The notes beneath the pieces are model-generated. The model saw only the letters and a list, made by a program, of their open reading frames with translations, was not told the origin of the DNA and ran no database searches. A stretch of 63,774 nt of DNA, the filler included, from Phoronis australis (lineage: Eukaryota; Animalia; Phoronida): assembly GCA_002633005.1 (NCBI GenBank). It is 10 parts of 10 records of this genome, joined end to end, with 100 filler letters (N's around TTAATTAATTAA, not from the genome) between each part and the next. Parts side by side here need not be neighbours in the genome. Positions count along the whole stretch, not along the records: positions 41,834 to 53,097 come from NMRA01001538.1; positions 53,198 to 55,994 come from NMRA01003417.1; positions 56,095 to 59,779 come from NMRA01002897.1; positions 59,880 to 62,257 come from NMRA01003705.1; positions 62,358 to 63,774 come from NMRA01001761.1; 5 more parts are not named here. One strand, 5' to 3'. Below, in pieces: positions 52,782 to 63,774 of the stretch. The translations under genes and the position numbers were made by a program. Position 1 is the stretch's first letter. Every line of letters begins with the position of its first letter.

Positions 52782-53097
52782 GGGAGAATGCCACCCAATT
52801 TAATTAGTCTTTTTTACCTTCTTCATCGGTCTATATCGACATCACATCGTATGCGTTCGATCTTACCTCGCCGAGAGGTGTCGTGTTAACCTGTGAGGAA
52901 GGTGAGTAAGCAACGCAGCGACGTCAGTGGTTCTTCTGCAGAGGGAGTCCCGCTGTGGTGTGGTGTGTCGTTCCCACTTGTGCGAAGTATGGAGCTGAGA
53001 TGAAAGCGGTTATATCGTATTTTTCGATTTCCTCGAGACCCCAAAATGCTTCGGAAGTGGCTCGCGGCACTGAAGAATGAAAATTACGCCGTTAATA
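52782..53097 (+). mobile_element. Kolobok-type left end with THAP-domain start
   Basis: TTAA|GGGAGAATGCCACCC; from 52955 VVWCVVPTCAKYGAEMKAVISYF/RFPRDPKMLRKWLAALKNENYAVN (one extra T), a classic THAP N-terminus. Confidence 0.8.
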
Positions 53098-53277
53098 NNN
53101 NNNNNNNNNNNNNNNNNNNNNNNNNNNNNNNNNNNNNNNNNTTAATTAATTAANNNNNNNNNNNNNNNNNNNNNNNNNNNNNNNNNNNNNNNNNNNNTTT
53201 TCCCCAAGCTCTTTGATTGTTTATACAATGAAACCGAGGTTTAGTATTGGAACAGTCATCTTGAGGATGGGTTGCAG

Positions 53278-53433
53278 GTTATGATGAGTCAGACAGCGAG
53301 AACGAATCAGACGGAGGGAGTAAAGGTGAAAGTTCAGACGAGACGGCGTCCGAGGATGAGGAGCGAGAGGAGAAACTGCGTGTGAAGCGAGAGGAATTTG
53401 ATCGCAAGCAACAGGAGAGGCTGCAGACTCTGT
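53278..53433 (+). CDS. PNISR: Probable PNISR (SFRS18)-like RS protein, acidic exon
   Basis: ttgcag|; GYDESDSENESD...SSDETASEDEEREEKLRVKREEFDRKQQERL resembles, from memory, the PNISR segment GYGSGDSEDE...SSDTDDEELRHRIRQKQEAFWRKE; donor T|gtaggt gives phase 1 matching 54929. Confidence 0.6.
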
Positions 53434-53454
53434 GTAGGTAGACAAGTCAGGGGT

Positions 53455-53865
53455 GCGTGGAAGTAGTCATGCGAGGGTAGATGGGGCTGGACTGCAGGGA
53501 AGTAGTCCTGTGTGGGTACATGAGGAGAAATGGAGGGAGGTAGTCCGGTGTGGGTAGATGGGCATGGGTTCTGGGAAGTAATCCTGTGGGTAAATAAGAA
53601 GGTGTGGGTAGACGGGTCTGAGTTACATGGAAGCAGTCGTGTGTGGGTAGACGGGGTAATGAAGTAGTCCTGTATGGGTAGATAGGTGTGGGTCCAGGGA
53701 AGTAGCCCTGTGTGGGTAGATGGGAAGGGGTGCAGGAAGGAGTGCCGTGTTGGGTAGATGGGGCAGAGGTGCAGGGAAGCAGTCCTGTGTGGGTAGATGG
53801 GTCTGGGGGTGCAGGGAAGTAGTCTTGTGGGTAGGTGGGTCTGGGGTGCTGGGAAGCAGTCCAGT
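53455..53865. repeat. Degenerate G-rich intronic minisatellite (~40-bp unit, GGGAAGTAGTCCTGTGTGGGTAGATGGG core)
   Basis: About ten diverged tandem units. Confidence 0.8.
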
Positions 53866-54928
53866 GCAGGAGTGCAGCCAATTTATAGCTTTTGTCTTAT
53901 CAGGTAAAACTTGCATTGTTGTTTAGGTGAATGTATGTTATAATGGAATACAAAATGTGAGTTGGAAATTTGCTTAATTTTTTCTTTCATGATACAATCT
54001 TTGTCAATTGCATTTGTAAAGTAACTCATTTGCAAGGCTGTTGAGGCTGATGCAAAGATATATGTTCGACATCACTCAGACATATCAGATAAATTGTATC
54101 CGTATCGCTTACTGGTAACATTTTCGGTTTCCTATTTTGAGAAGGGATATATCAAGGTTTTTTTGGTGGCAGTTTGTCTTTTTGTAAAGTTAATTTGGAA
54201 ACAGTTTGGACAAGTCATGCTGCTGTTATCTGAAATTTGGAGTATCTTCGTATTTTAATACACATCAACATTCTCTTAGCTTTGTTGTGTTATTTTCTGT
54301 AATGAAACCACATCTTTATTACACATTATGTATAGAGGTGTTCATTGGTTTTCAGGGATAAGTGTTTCTGTTGCAGTTATCTGCCAGTAAATGTTTCCTG
54401 TTGAGTTATTGTTAGCCTTATGTGGAATCAGTTGACATGTAGGCGAAAAGTCGAAATATTTACATTTGCTTTAGTAATGTTATGCTCTAAATGATCTTCT
54501 AAATTTCTTAATGCAGTCGTCATCTTTTATGTTTACTCTGTTTGGTTGTATGGCTTCTTGATTTTTCTTCGTCATCCTACGGAAATATCTGTATATTATT
54601 AATCTTCAGTGCTGAAATGTCAAAAATGCCACAGGTCTCTTTGTTATTTCTCGCCTGATTGTCTTTTAGCCCAAAATTCAATCTCGTATCTCAAGCTTCA
54701 GCGTGGTTTTTGTCATTTGCGGGTTTATTGAAAGTCCTTAATTCAAAATATTTAACATGAACATGACTGACTTTGTGCTCCATTGCAAACACAGGTAAGC
54801 AGATGATCTAAGTTCATTCTAGATGTCCTCCCGATTCAAGCTGTAAACTCTATTTCGAGTTAAAAGAGCGGATTTTAGGCTTGTAATGTAATGTCTGAGA
54901 GTTTGTAATTTTCTGACTTGTTTTGTAG

Positions 54929-55791
54929 TGGAGGAGGAGGAGAAAGCACCGAGTTTCCTCAAAAATGCAATCAAGAACAAAACGCACGTTTTTGAAAATA
55001 AATACAAGAGTATTCCGGGGTTAGATGTTACTAAACAATCTAGTTCAGAGAGTGGTTCAGATAGTGACTCTTCAGAGAGCTCCACGTCCAGACAGAGGAC
55101 TCAAACAGAGAGCACGTCGTCGAGCTCGTCTGAGCAATCCCAGTCTCAATCTTCAGCCGATCTGAAGAAGAAAGAGAAAAGTGCTAAGAAACGTAGAAAA
55201 TCATCTGGGAGTAAGAGTGGTGAAAAACATAAAAGTGTGTCTGGGGAGGGTGCTCGCCGCTCAGGGCATGATGTTGCAGAGAGGGGGGATAGAGAGCGGC
55301 ACACGGAGAGGAGTCGGGAGAGGAGGGACAGGGATAGTTACGAGAGGGAGGGGCATGATAGTAAAAGCGACAGGAGTCGAGATAAGCACAGGCGGGAAAG
55401 TCGGGAGGGTCGAAGGTCAAGCAGTCGGTCAAGACATAGGGAGGGTGACCGATACAGGGAGGGAGGGGACACGCATCGAAGTAGGCATAGGGCTCGTAGT
55501 AGGGATGGGCATCGTTATAAGGAGGAAACTCGGCGCTCATCGACGTCCAAAAGGAGGCGACACTCGTACTCGGAGGGATCAGAGAGTGACTCGAGCTCTC
55601 GGCATCGGTCAAAGAGTAAGAGAAAGTCCCGTCGCCATGGTAGTAGCGAAAGGCAGTCAAAAAAATCCAAAAAAGCACACAAGGTGAAACGTAAGTCTTC
55701 GGAATCGGAGGAAAGCGATTCTGGCAGCAGTGAGCGGAGAGTGGGTAAGACGAAGAGTCGTAAACACAGGTCTAGATCACGATCAAGGTAA
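54929..55791 (+). CDS. PNISR: Arg/Ser-rich exon of probable PNISR-like splicing factor
   Basis: ttttgtag| acceptor; 287-codon frame rich in S, R, K, E, ending RSRSRSR*. The final AG|GTAAAC could alternatively be a donor. Confidence 0.7.
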
Positions 55792-56232
55792 ACATTCATT
55801 GTATTCTGTTGTGGTTGTTATTTACATAGTGTACGTCCCGATTAAAAGAGTCGCAGTCCAACTTTCAGCGTTGCTTTTCATGGGTATCGGTTATTCTGGA
55901 GTGTTCAATGAAATAGTCCATTATTCAGTTAGTGGTCACCTCTTAAAAACCAAAAATGGAAGTTGAGCAAAACGTAATGATTGGGCGGCTTTTGNNNNNN
56001 NNNNNNNNNNNNNNNNNNNNNNNNNNNNNNNNNNNNNNTTAATTAATTAANNNNNNNNNNNNNNNNNNNNNNNNNNNNNNNNNNNNNNNNNNNNAGGTCG
56101 GGAGGGGGGCAAACCCGCCCAGGAAATTTTTTGTTTTTCTCTAAAAATCAAGCATTTTCCTTGATTCCTGAAGTGTTATCCAAGCAAAAAAGGCAAAAAA
56201 AAAACACGGAGAACGTGTCAAATAGAAATACT

Positions 56233-56300
56233 GACGGTACCTAAGACTCGAACTCACGACCTGGCGGATTGAGCGGGCGTGCGTTACCACTACACCACCA
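56233..56300 (-). mobile_element. tRNA-derived SINE head / tRNA pseudogene
   Basis: Minus strand TGGTGTAGTGGTAA (A box) ... GAGTTCGAGTC (B box); no intact acceptor or anticodon stems. Confidence 0.55.
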
Positions 56301-57220
56301 CGATTTAACTATTAATTCTTACTAAAAGACCAACTTGTTTAAGGTCCACAGCGTTTGCGCGCGAAACCTACTTCTTTTTGTAATGCTTATTACACGTTTT
56401 ATATTTTGTGTCATCAATTCTTAACAAATTTGTCGTATTTAAAATAGTTTTCAAATGCCCAAAAGACCAAATCCATTTTTCGTGTTGGCAATAATGACGG
56501 GATTGCTTTGGAAATCGTCTTAAGATAAGGTTTGAAAAAGCGAGTATTGCGAGTTTCAGAGTGATTCACTAAGGCTTCGATTAAAATTCACATCTTACCA
56601 GCAGCTTCTGTTTTTTCATCGTCACTCAGGCTCCGTTTTCTTTAAAAAATGAAGTAAATTTTCTTCATTGCACAGTGGAGCAGAGGACAGAAACGGAGTC
56701 GTAGTGCGCAGCGCCACTGCCGGTCGTCTGGGATATCGCGAGAGAGCCTATACTTAGCCATAGTTCGGTTAGGAATGCGCCGTGTTCCGAATTTGACACN
56801 TTAATTAATAAACTCACCATTTCCCTATGCTCTGGCTGTTTTATTTTTTTGCGGCAGCCAAGGGAGGGGCGCCCCTGGGTCCCCCTATATCCGCCTATGG
56901 CCCAACATCTTCAAGGAACCCTTTCGCAGAAGGTAATTCGGGTAATTCTGATTCACATTTCTCATTTCAGTATAAGGTTAATACACCGGTTAGTACACAA
57001 TTACGTCAGCGTTTTAGTTGTGCAGCCACGTTGTTTGAAAGAACTGTACACTCTTAGCTTAGCATAACAGATTTGCTGTCACAAACCTGGCATGACATGA
57101 TTGCACACAAACAAACACAGTGTGTTTTAAGCTTACAGTGTATAAATGCCTTATTGACAAGCCTGTGTAACTATTTAGCCAAATATCTACAAAATCATAG
57201 ATTTTAACCCAATTAAAGTA

Positions 57221-57315
57221 CCGTAAACTTGCCGGTTAACGCCCTGGGCGCTTAAATTGGGAAACCCTGAGATGGGGGGTGGACAATTACCCAAGCAGTG
57301 GGCGCTTAAACTGAA
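57221..57315 (+). mobile_element. Terminus of a pogo-like element related to 357-1889
   Basis: TA|CCGTAAACTTGCCGGTTAACGCCC with GGGCGCTTAA motifs. Confidence 0.5.
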
Positions 57316-57697
57316 AATTGATGAAAAGTAGGGAATGGGCGAGTTTATGGTATATATTTTTTCTGAATGTAGATTGCGTGAAGAATTTGATGTTTGATGT
57401 GAGACAATTGTTCAATCTGATCCAATAGTACACAGACGCATGGGGATTTAGTTGTGCATGTCTCCCACAGTTAACTACTTCCTGATAATTGGTTTTGAGG
57501 TTATAAAATAATCTCATTGTGCTGACTCTTGTTTCACTACTCTGCACCCCATTCTACAACTCCTGACTTTGTGCACTCAACAGAGTCAATGTTTTGGGGA
57601 GTTGTGGTTAGAATGAACAATTCACTTCAGTCCTCGATCAAAATTAAAAGCATCCGTTAAGTTTGCAATGGTAGATTTAGCTGCGGAACATTGATGT

Positions 57698-57797
57698 CGG
57701 ACAGATGCCGTACAGACGCCGCCCGGACAGACGGACGAACGGACAGAGATGATGGCATAATGCGTCCACATAATAAATATGTGGGCGCATAATAAAA
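57698..57797 (+). mobile_element. 3' end of Helentron/DINE-1-like element, copy 2
   Basis: Degenerate GGAC repeats plus GGCATAATGCGTCCACATA...TATGTGGGCGCATAA hairpin as at 42414-42443. Confidence 0.8.
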
Positions 57798-58695
57798 ATG
57801 GCCAAAATTTTTTTCAATTTTTCAAATGCTTGCTGCATTGCCAAAAATGTCCAAAATTTCATCGTGATCTTGTTGATGACAGCCGCACTAAATAGAATTT
57901 TCAAATGATAAAGTAAGTGTTTCTTCTTGTTGAAATTTCTGCCAAAATGAAATCTTACAGTTCCGCCACACTGCGTTGAAATTTTCAAAAAAATTTTACC
58001 ATAATGAAAAGGAAGTTTACTTCTAATCAGTTGAAAAATGAAACAGTGACATCACACATTGCCATGCACCCGGTTATTAGTACACACATTTAACGGCAAT
58101 AGTTTGATATAACGTGTCCCTATTTTGAGAACCAGTTTGATGCCCGTTATTCAGTGGAGAAAACTGGTTCTCAAAATTTCTGCATGCAATATCAGACCAT
58201 TACCCATTTAACTGAGGGGGGTGTAAATGAAACTAAGATAACAAATGATGCAAAGTTGAGTGATCACCAGGCCTGTTCAACTGTGAGACCAGTGCTGAAG
58301 AAGTGAAGCACTGTGAGAAAATAATGGCATTGAGACACTGTCTATTATGAAGAGGCAAGTTGAAGGTATGACTGGTGCGGTTTCTCCCACAAACTTCAAA
58401 TATTAGATAACATGTTTGCACAGTCTGTCAATACTGGTACTTTCCAATTGTACTCTCATAAAATTATAAAAGAATTTTTATTATTTATTAAAACTATAAA
58501 ACCAATTACACTAATGTATGATTTTTACAGGTCATTAATGGTCTCAAATATTGCATACTAAGCCATGAGCAGGCATGTGATAAAGCATAAGAAAGCTGGA
58601 TTCATTACTTTATGGACTGACGTTCACCATTATTTAATCATTAATCACTTGATATTATTTGCAGTTATGTAGCATCCATCTCAAAGCAGTGGTGT

Positions 58696-59210
58696 GAGCG
58701 AACAGTCTACAGGGTGCTTTAAGTGACTCAGTTTCATATCCATGAGCAAACGGTCTACAGGGTACTTTAAGTGACTTGGTTTCATAACCATGAGCAAACG
58801 GTCTACAGGGTACTTTAAGTGACTTGGTTTCATAACCATGAGCAAACGGTCTACAGGGTACTTTAAGTGACTTGGTTTCATAACCATGAGCAAACAGTCT
58901 ACAGGGTACTTTAAGTGACTTGGTTTCATAACCATGAGCAAACGGTCAACAGGGTGCTTTAAGTGACTTGGTTTCATAACCATGAGCAAACGGTCAACAG
59001 GGTACTTTAAGTGACTTGGTTTCATAACCATGAGCAAACGGTCTACAGGGTACTTTAAGTGACTTGGTTTAATATCCATGAGCACACGATCTACAGGGTA
59101 CTTTAAGTGACTTGGTTTCATAACAATCAGCAAACGGTCTACAGGGTACTTTAAGTGACTTGGTTTAATATCCATGAGCACATGATCTACAGGGTGCTTT
59201 AAGTGACTTG
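58696..59210. repeat. 48-bp minisatellite, ~10.5 copies
   Basis: Unit CATGAGCAAACGGTCTACAGGGTACTTTAAGTGACTTGGTTTCATAAC. Confidence 0.95.
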
Positions 59211-59704
59211 AAGTTTCATATCATAACCAGTGAGCCTGGTACAATTAATCCACAGTGTCAGTCACCTCAACATCACAATCACGGAATAAAGTTACGAGGG
59301 ACTCTGGAAAGTTTTGACTTATTTCAGAAAACCCTGTTAGGAATTGTAATTAAAAAGTTCCACTTTTGCAAGAGAGACTAGGGAAAATATGACTTTTTGC
59401 TGTCAGTGAAGAATCCAAAGACTTTTTGAGAATCTACATAAAAAATTTAATGGAAATGAGATTTCACATTACTGATACTGTCATTTTGCTATCAATGTAA
59501 GTTTGTTTTGCTATATTTTTAAATTACTAAATAACACTTAATTTGCTAAATAAACACTATAATTTACAAAGAGTCATGGTCACATTACCCACGTGGAGTG
59601 CATGTCTGGTTTCATTTACAAGGACGGAACATAACTTTTTTAATTCAAAGACATTTTTTAACATACAACTGTGTGAAACACTCCTAACTTACAATTGGGT
59701 AATT

Positions 59705-59779
59705 TGAACATCCTAATGCACAACAAGGGAAATCTGAACATCCTAATGCACAACAAGGGAAATCTGAACATCCTAATGC
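59705..59779. repeat. 30-bp tandem repeat, truncated by contig end
   Basis: TGAACATCCTAATGCACAACAAGGGAAATC x2.5. Confidence 0.85.
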
Positions 59780-60357
59780 NNNNNNNNNNNNNNNNNNNNN
59801 NNNNNNNNNNNNNNNNNNNNNNNTTAATTAATTAANNNNNNNNNNNNNNNNNNNNNNNNNNNNNNNNNNNNNNNNNNNNGGTTATTGACCGCTAATAAGA
59901 AGGTCCCCTGTACAAAATAAACAAGTGGAAATGCAAAAATCAGTAGGAATACCATCATTGATGGACACAGTTGTTGTAATAGTTAGGGTATATTTGAAAT
60001 CCTGTTGGGCATATAACCAACTCGAGTCATGTGTTAAAATTTATTTGAAAATTATTAATAAGTGGTTGGTATTTATTAATCAAAGTGTGGGTGTTACCTG
60101 GGACGACTTAATTGCAAATTACGTATTAGCTCAAGAATTTCTCTTCAGAGTTTTTATAATGTGACGAGAGGAGGATAAATTTGACTCGAAATTTTCGAAA
60201 GTTTATGATTGTCACATGTAGCAAAGAAGACACCTGAGACATTGATTTTAAGATTAACAGAAATGCTTTTGTTCTAACTGAGTTCTCATAGGCCAAAGTT
60301 TGGACTAGGCAGGACATTTTTACTGAGGTTATCCTAATACTAGAAGTACTCATACAG

Positions 60358-60555
60358 TGTTTGATGGTGACGACCGTATTCAGTACATGTCTGCCAGCTC
60401 GGAACATGAGCGCGACCTCTGGATCGAGGCTCTTCACATCGCCAGCTTTGAGTGCATGCAGATGCAGTTACAGAATCTGAGGGAGCAGATCAATGCGCGG
60501 ACGGGTCGTGACCCTCTTACCAACCCCGAGCCTACTTGTGTAGAGGATGATTCGG
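60358..60555 (+). CDS. PH-domain C-terminal exon, PLEKHJ1-like (possibly the N-terminal PH of an invertebrate INPP4)
   Basis: catacag|...|gtaggt; SASSEHERDLWIEALHIASFECMQMQLQNLREQINARTGRDPL has the PH terminal-helix W and the ASY/FE...TGxDPL tail typical of PLEKHJ1-type PH domains. Confidence 0.8.
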
Positions 60556-60897
60556 GTAGGTAGTCTCAGTGTACCTTGAATTGATATTGTTCTCACGGTG
60601 GTCACTTCTTGTTTTTGTTGAGTAAATGATATTGTTTAACGGTCTTGCGGCATACATTTAAGGTGATGTAGGACCTTATCGAGAAATCTGTGCATTTGGA
60701 CAAATGTCTGCATAACACTAAATATAAATGTTAACTTGGTAAAAGTACTGAAAGTAAAAAAACCTGATAAAATTTTGTTTTTGCCTTTATACCAATCTGT
60801 TGTTAATTGGGTTACGTAATCATTTCTTTTTAGTAAAATTTAGCAATATTGTCTTCATACCTTCACATTAGGTGTCATTTCAGCTATCGTTTACTTA

Positions 60898-61085
60898 CCG
60901 TAATCGTTCGGGTTAACGCCCATGCTCAGTTAACCGCCCATCCCCGACTTTAAGTGGATTTTCGATTTAACCGCCCACTGCTCGGTTAAGCGCCCCCCTG
61001 CGATTTTGAGGATTTCCAGTTAAGCGCCCACCTCTCGGTTAAGCGCCCATCCCCGACTTTTAAAGAATGAAGATTTAGCGCCCAG
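60898..61085 (+). mobile_element. Left end of a pogo-like element with iterated subterminal motifs
   Basis: TA|CCGTAATCG followed by about seven TTAA(G/C)CGCCC-like motifs. Confidence 0.6.
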
Positions 61086-63774
61086 TGCTAAGGAAACGCG
61101 CGATTCCCCGAGTTTTAGAAAAAGATCGATGATCACAATGAGTGCAACGACGCCGGGACTCCGAGACGGTGGTTTAGCAATCTGAATTACAATAGAGGTA
61201 ACGAGTTATTGTCTTGGGTCATGAACTCACTTCAAAATATAATACTTGAACCTTTTTGTCATTTTATTTTCTTCCCTTGTTTGCAAAGTTTAAGAATGCC
61301 GCCGGCGTCAAAACCTCCGCTTTCAGAGACTTTGTCTGCCGCGCTGAGTTTCCGTCTGCAGTGCACTAGATAAAACATATTCGAAAAAATCAGGCCAGAG
61401 AAATGTGACAATGGTTTTGCCAACCCTCCAAATTCTATTAAGGTGGGNTCGTATTTTGAACAAATCTCACAACTCACGGAAAGATGTCAAATTCTCAATA
61501 TTTTGATGAATATAACTGCCGGGTGATAGAGGATGTGGGGCGACCGAAGGGACAGTACAAATGCCTTACTGGGTTACCGATTTCGTTGCTGTCTGTCGAT
61601 TTCTGAATTCAAACGTTGGCAATAATGTATGTTTGTGTATGATATTGAAGTAATAAGAAACGGCTAGTCAAATTTTGTTTTTCGCTTATTGCATCTCAGT
61701 CAAACTGGTTAGCAGATTTAACTAATGTCGCTGGCTGTTCTTTACTATTTCTTGCGTCAGCCCCCACGTAAACATGACTGTGTGAATTATCGTTTCCACA
61801 TCCCCTTTTTAGCCATCCAGAATAATTTTGTTTATACATTGGCCATTTTCAGCCTTAACAAAAATTCTTACCATTCGAGTCTGAAATATCTACGACATAG
61901 ACTGCTTGACGATAGTGGGTTGGAGATTCAAACAGGTAGTTACAGGGATGGGCTTAGGGAGCATCGAGCCAGGAAATATGGCAATAGACTTGACATCGCA
62001 GTTTTGGGGAACATTAGCAACGGAGGAATATCGTAAAGAACTGGGTCTTTTGTAACAACAGCTTAAAAGCACATAGTCACGCCCATTTTTGTTACTTTGG
62101 ACTGTCGCTATGTGTGGCTGATTTGTAGTGGTGCACGTGCGCAAGTTCCCACACTTTGGAGTGCATGTTACCTTGACACCAACATGCGATTGACAGGTGA
62201 CTCACACGTAGGCCCTACGTGCATGCTGAATACCGCCACTGTCTTTGGCCATAAAAANNNNNNNNNNNNNNNNNNNNNNNNNNNNNNNNNNNNNNNNNNN
62301 NTTAATTAATTAANNNNNNNNNNNNNNNNNNNNNNNNNNNNNNNNNNNNNNNNNNNNGTGGCTGTGTCAAGAATGATGAGTACGGGTTCTAACTTTGGTC
62401 AAGCCGTCACTGACTCAAAATCCTGGCGATATTTAGTAGAAAACCCCACCCGCATTTAGATACTGGATTCGGAAATTCGATTTGTTGGGAATTCTAGGAA
62501 ACGTCACCTTCAACAGTAGCGTCTGAAGCATTTTCATCATATTGGAACCGATTCCGGTGCTGTGATAAGCGGGGTATAGAGCCTAGGCCGTTCAGTATCA
62601 ACTGCTGTGTATTTAGACACATGTTTAGAAAACTACAAATTTCAACTCCGTAAAATTTTCTGAAAGGAAAAAGCATGTAGAATTCGATTTTTCCACTTGA
62701 CAAGATATCACTAATAGGGTCGCGTGATCACGCCTTACCAACCAGCCGCACTGAGAAAATGAAGAAGGCACACTAATTGCAAAATAAGTTCGATATCGAT
62801 GCACGACAAATTTCTTTTAATGTAATGTAATTGTTCAAAATGAAATCTCAAAGACGCTGTTACAGTTTCCTAAACTATTGTTTCACCTTTGCTTTATTCA
62901 ATTTTTGATTTTATTCACCGGCGAAAGTCTTCATCATACAGAGATCGATGGCGGCCGGCCGTCTGTGCCGGGTAGCAGACGTGTGATAGAGAACGAGTGG
63001 CAGTGACTGTTTTATTGATTCGATCAGCATCTCCGAGATATGATGTTCCGAACTGAGCCAACCAAATTTGGAGTTTTCTAAGGTCATGCAAAAACCTTAC
63101 TTGGGCCAGTGAAAAATATCATTATAATTTGCCCTTACCCGAACGTACTTTTAGTACAAGCGGGTAGGTACATGTAGGCAGACAAAAAATACTATACAAA
63201 GCTTCACATACCAATTTTGCAACTATTTCTCAACCAACGAGCCACGCCTTTTTTCAAAAGTGCTGAGAAATTAACAACTAACGTTTGAGATTTTGTTGCA
63301 AGATTGTTGCCTGTTTTTTGTAAGGAATTAAACAAGAAGTCACTGGTCACAAAAGACTTATTCCTTGGCTGCGGCCAATGAAGCAAAAATGCGAAATTAA
63401 TTACAGCAGTTTTTGTAGGGTATTAAATTAAATGTCAGAAGATTTTTGTCAATAAAATTTCCCCCGAGTCGGTAGGTTTCTACCGGGTCGCGATCGGGTA
63501 AGTGTGCTGGGAAATAACACTGCATGATGCACCGTGGTCGTGAGGCACGACGTACCTCCGTTAGTGCAAAGGTCACCTATTTGCAGAATTTTTGTATTTT
63601 GTTTTCACATTTACAAGTTGCCAATGCCAATACAACTGCACGTAAATGATGTTCAAATAGCATTGTCGTTTAGGAGTAGTTAGGAGTATGCACTACTCCT
63701 GCACACTAGGGAGTCCAGTGGCGGATCTAGGATATCACAAGGGGGGGGGCAACATTTTGTCCGGCTGCAAGCAT

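Noticed and set aside
53447-53926. Pro/His-rich ORFs
   Set aside because: Translations of the intronic G-rich minisatellite.
55181-55799. Overlapping alternative and antisense ORFs in the RS exon
   Set aside because: Shadows of low-complexity purine-rich coding sequence.
56233-56300. Functional tRNA gene
   Set aside because: A and B boxes are present but the cloverleaf stems cannot be completed.
58681-59181. 166-aa repeat ORF, or a CRISPR-like array
   Set aside because: Contiguous 48-bp units with no unique spacers; the frame is open only because the unit is a multiple of 3; no splice or start context.

Overview
Repeat-rich, AT-rich eukaryotic (invertebrate-animal-like) DNA. It is not one locus: nine 100-nt artificial spacers (44 N + TTAATTAATTAA + 44 N) join ten unrelated pieces, and there is one ordinary N gap at 48620-48990. 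Supported host-gene fragments: five phase-consistent exons of a TEP1/NWD-like NACHT ATPase (32485-35732 +), a condensation-domain/alcohol-acetyltransferase-like HxxxDG enzyme exon (44840-45476 -), two exons of a probable PNISR-type RS protein (53278-55791 +), a PLEKHJ1/INPP4-type PH exon (60358-60555 +), two exons of a Ser/Thr-rich orphan (39383-41035 +), and a ~995-codon intronless acidic repeat frame broken by one frameshift and one TGA (18592-21578 -). The mobilome is diverse: two Kolobok-type ends with THAP relics (one facing a P2X7-ballast/KolX-like relic), a DIRS tyrosine-recombinase relic, a Penelope GIY-YIG relic, a minimal type I hammerhead ribozyme, a pogo/Tc1-type non-autonomous element, a Helentron/DINE-1-like element whose core repeats each carry a CTCF-consensus motif, several MITE families, a tRNA-derived SINE head and minisatellites. 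All homology calls come from motif recognition by eye, not database searches.
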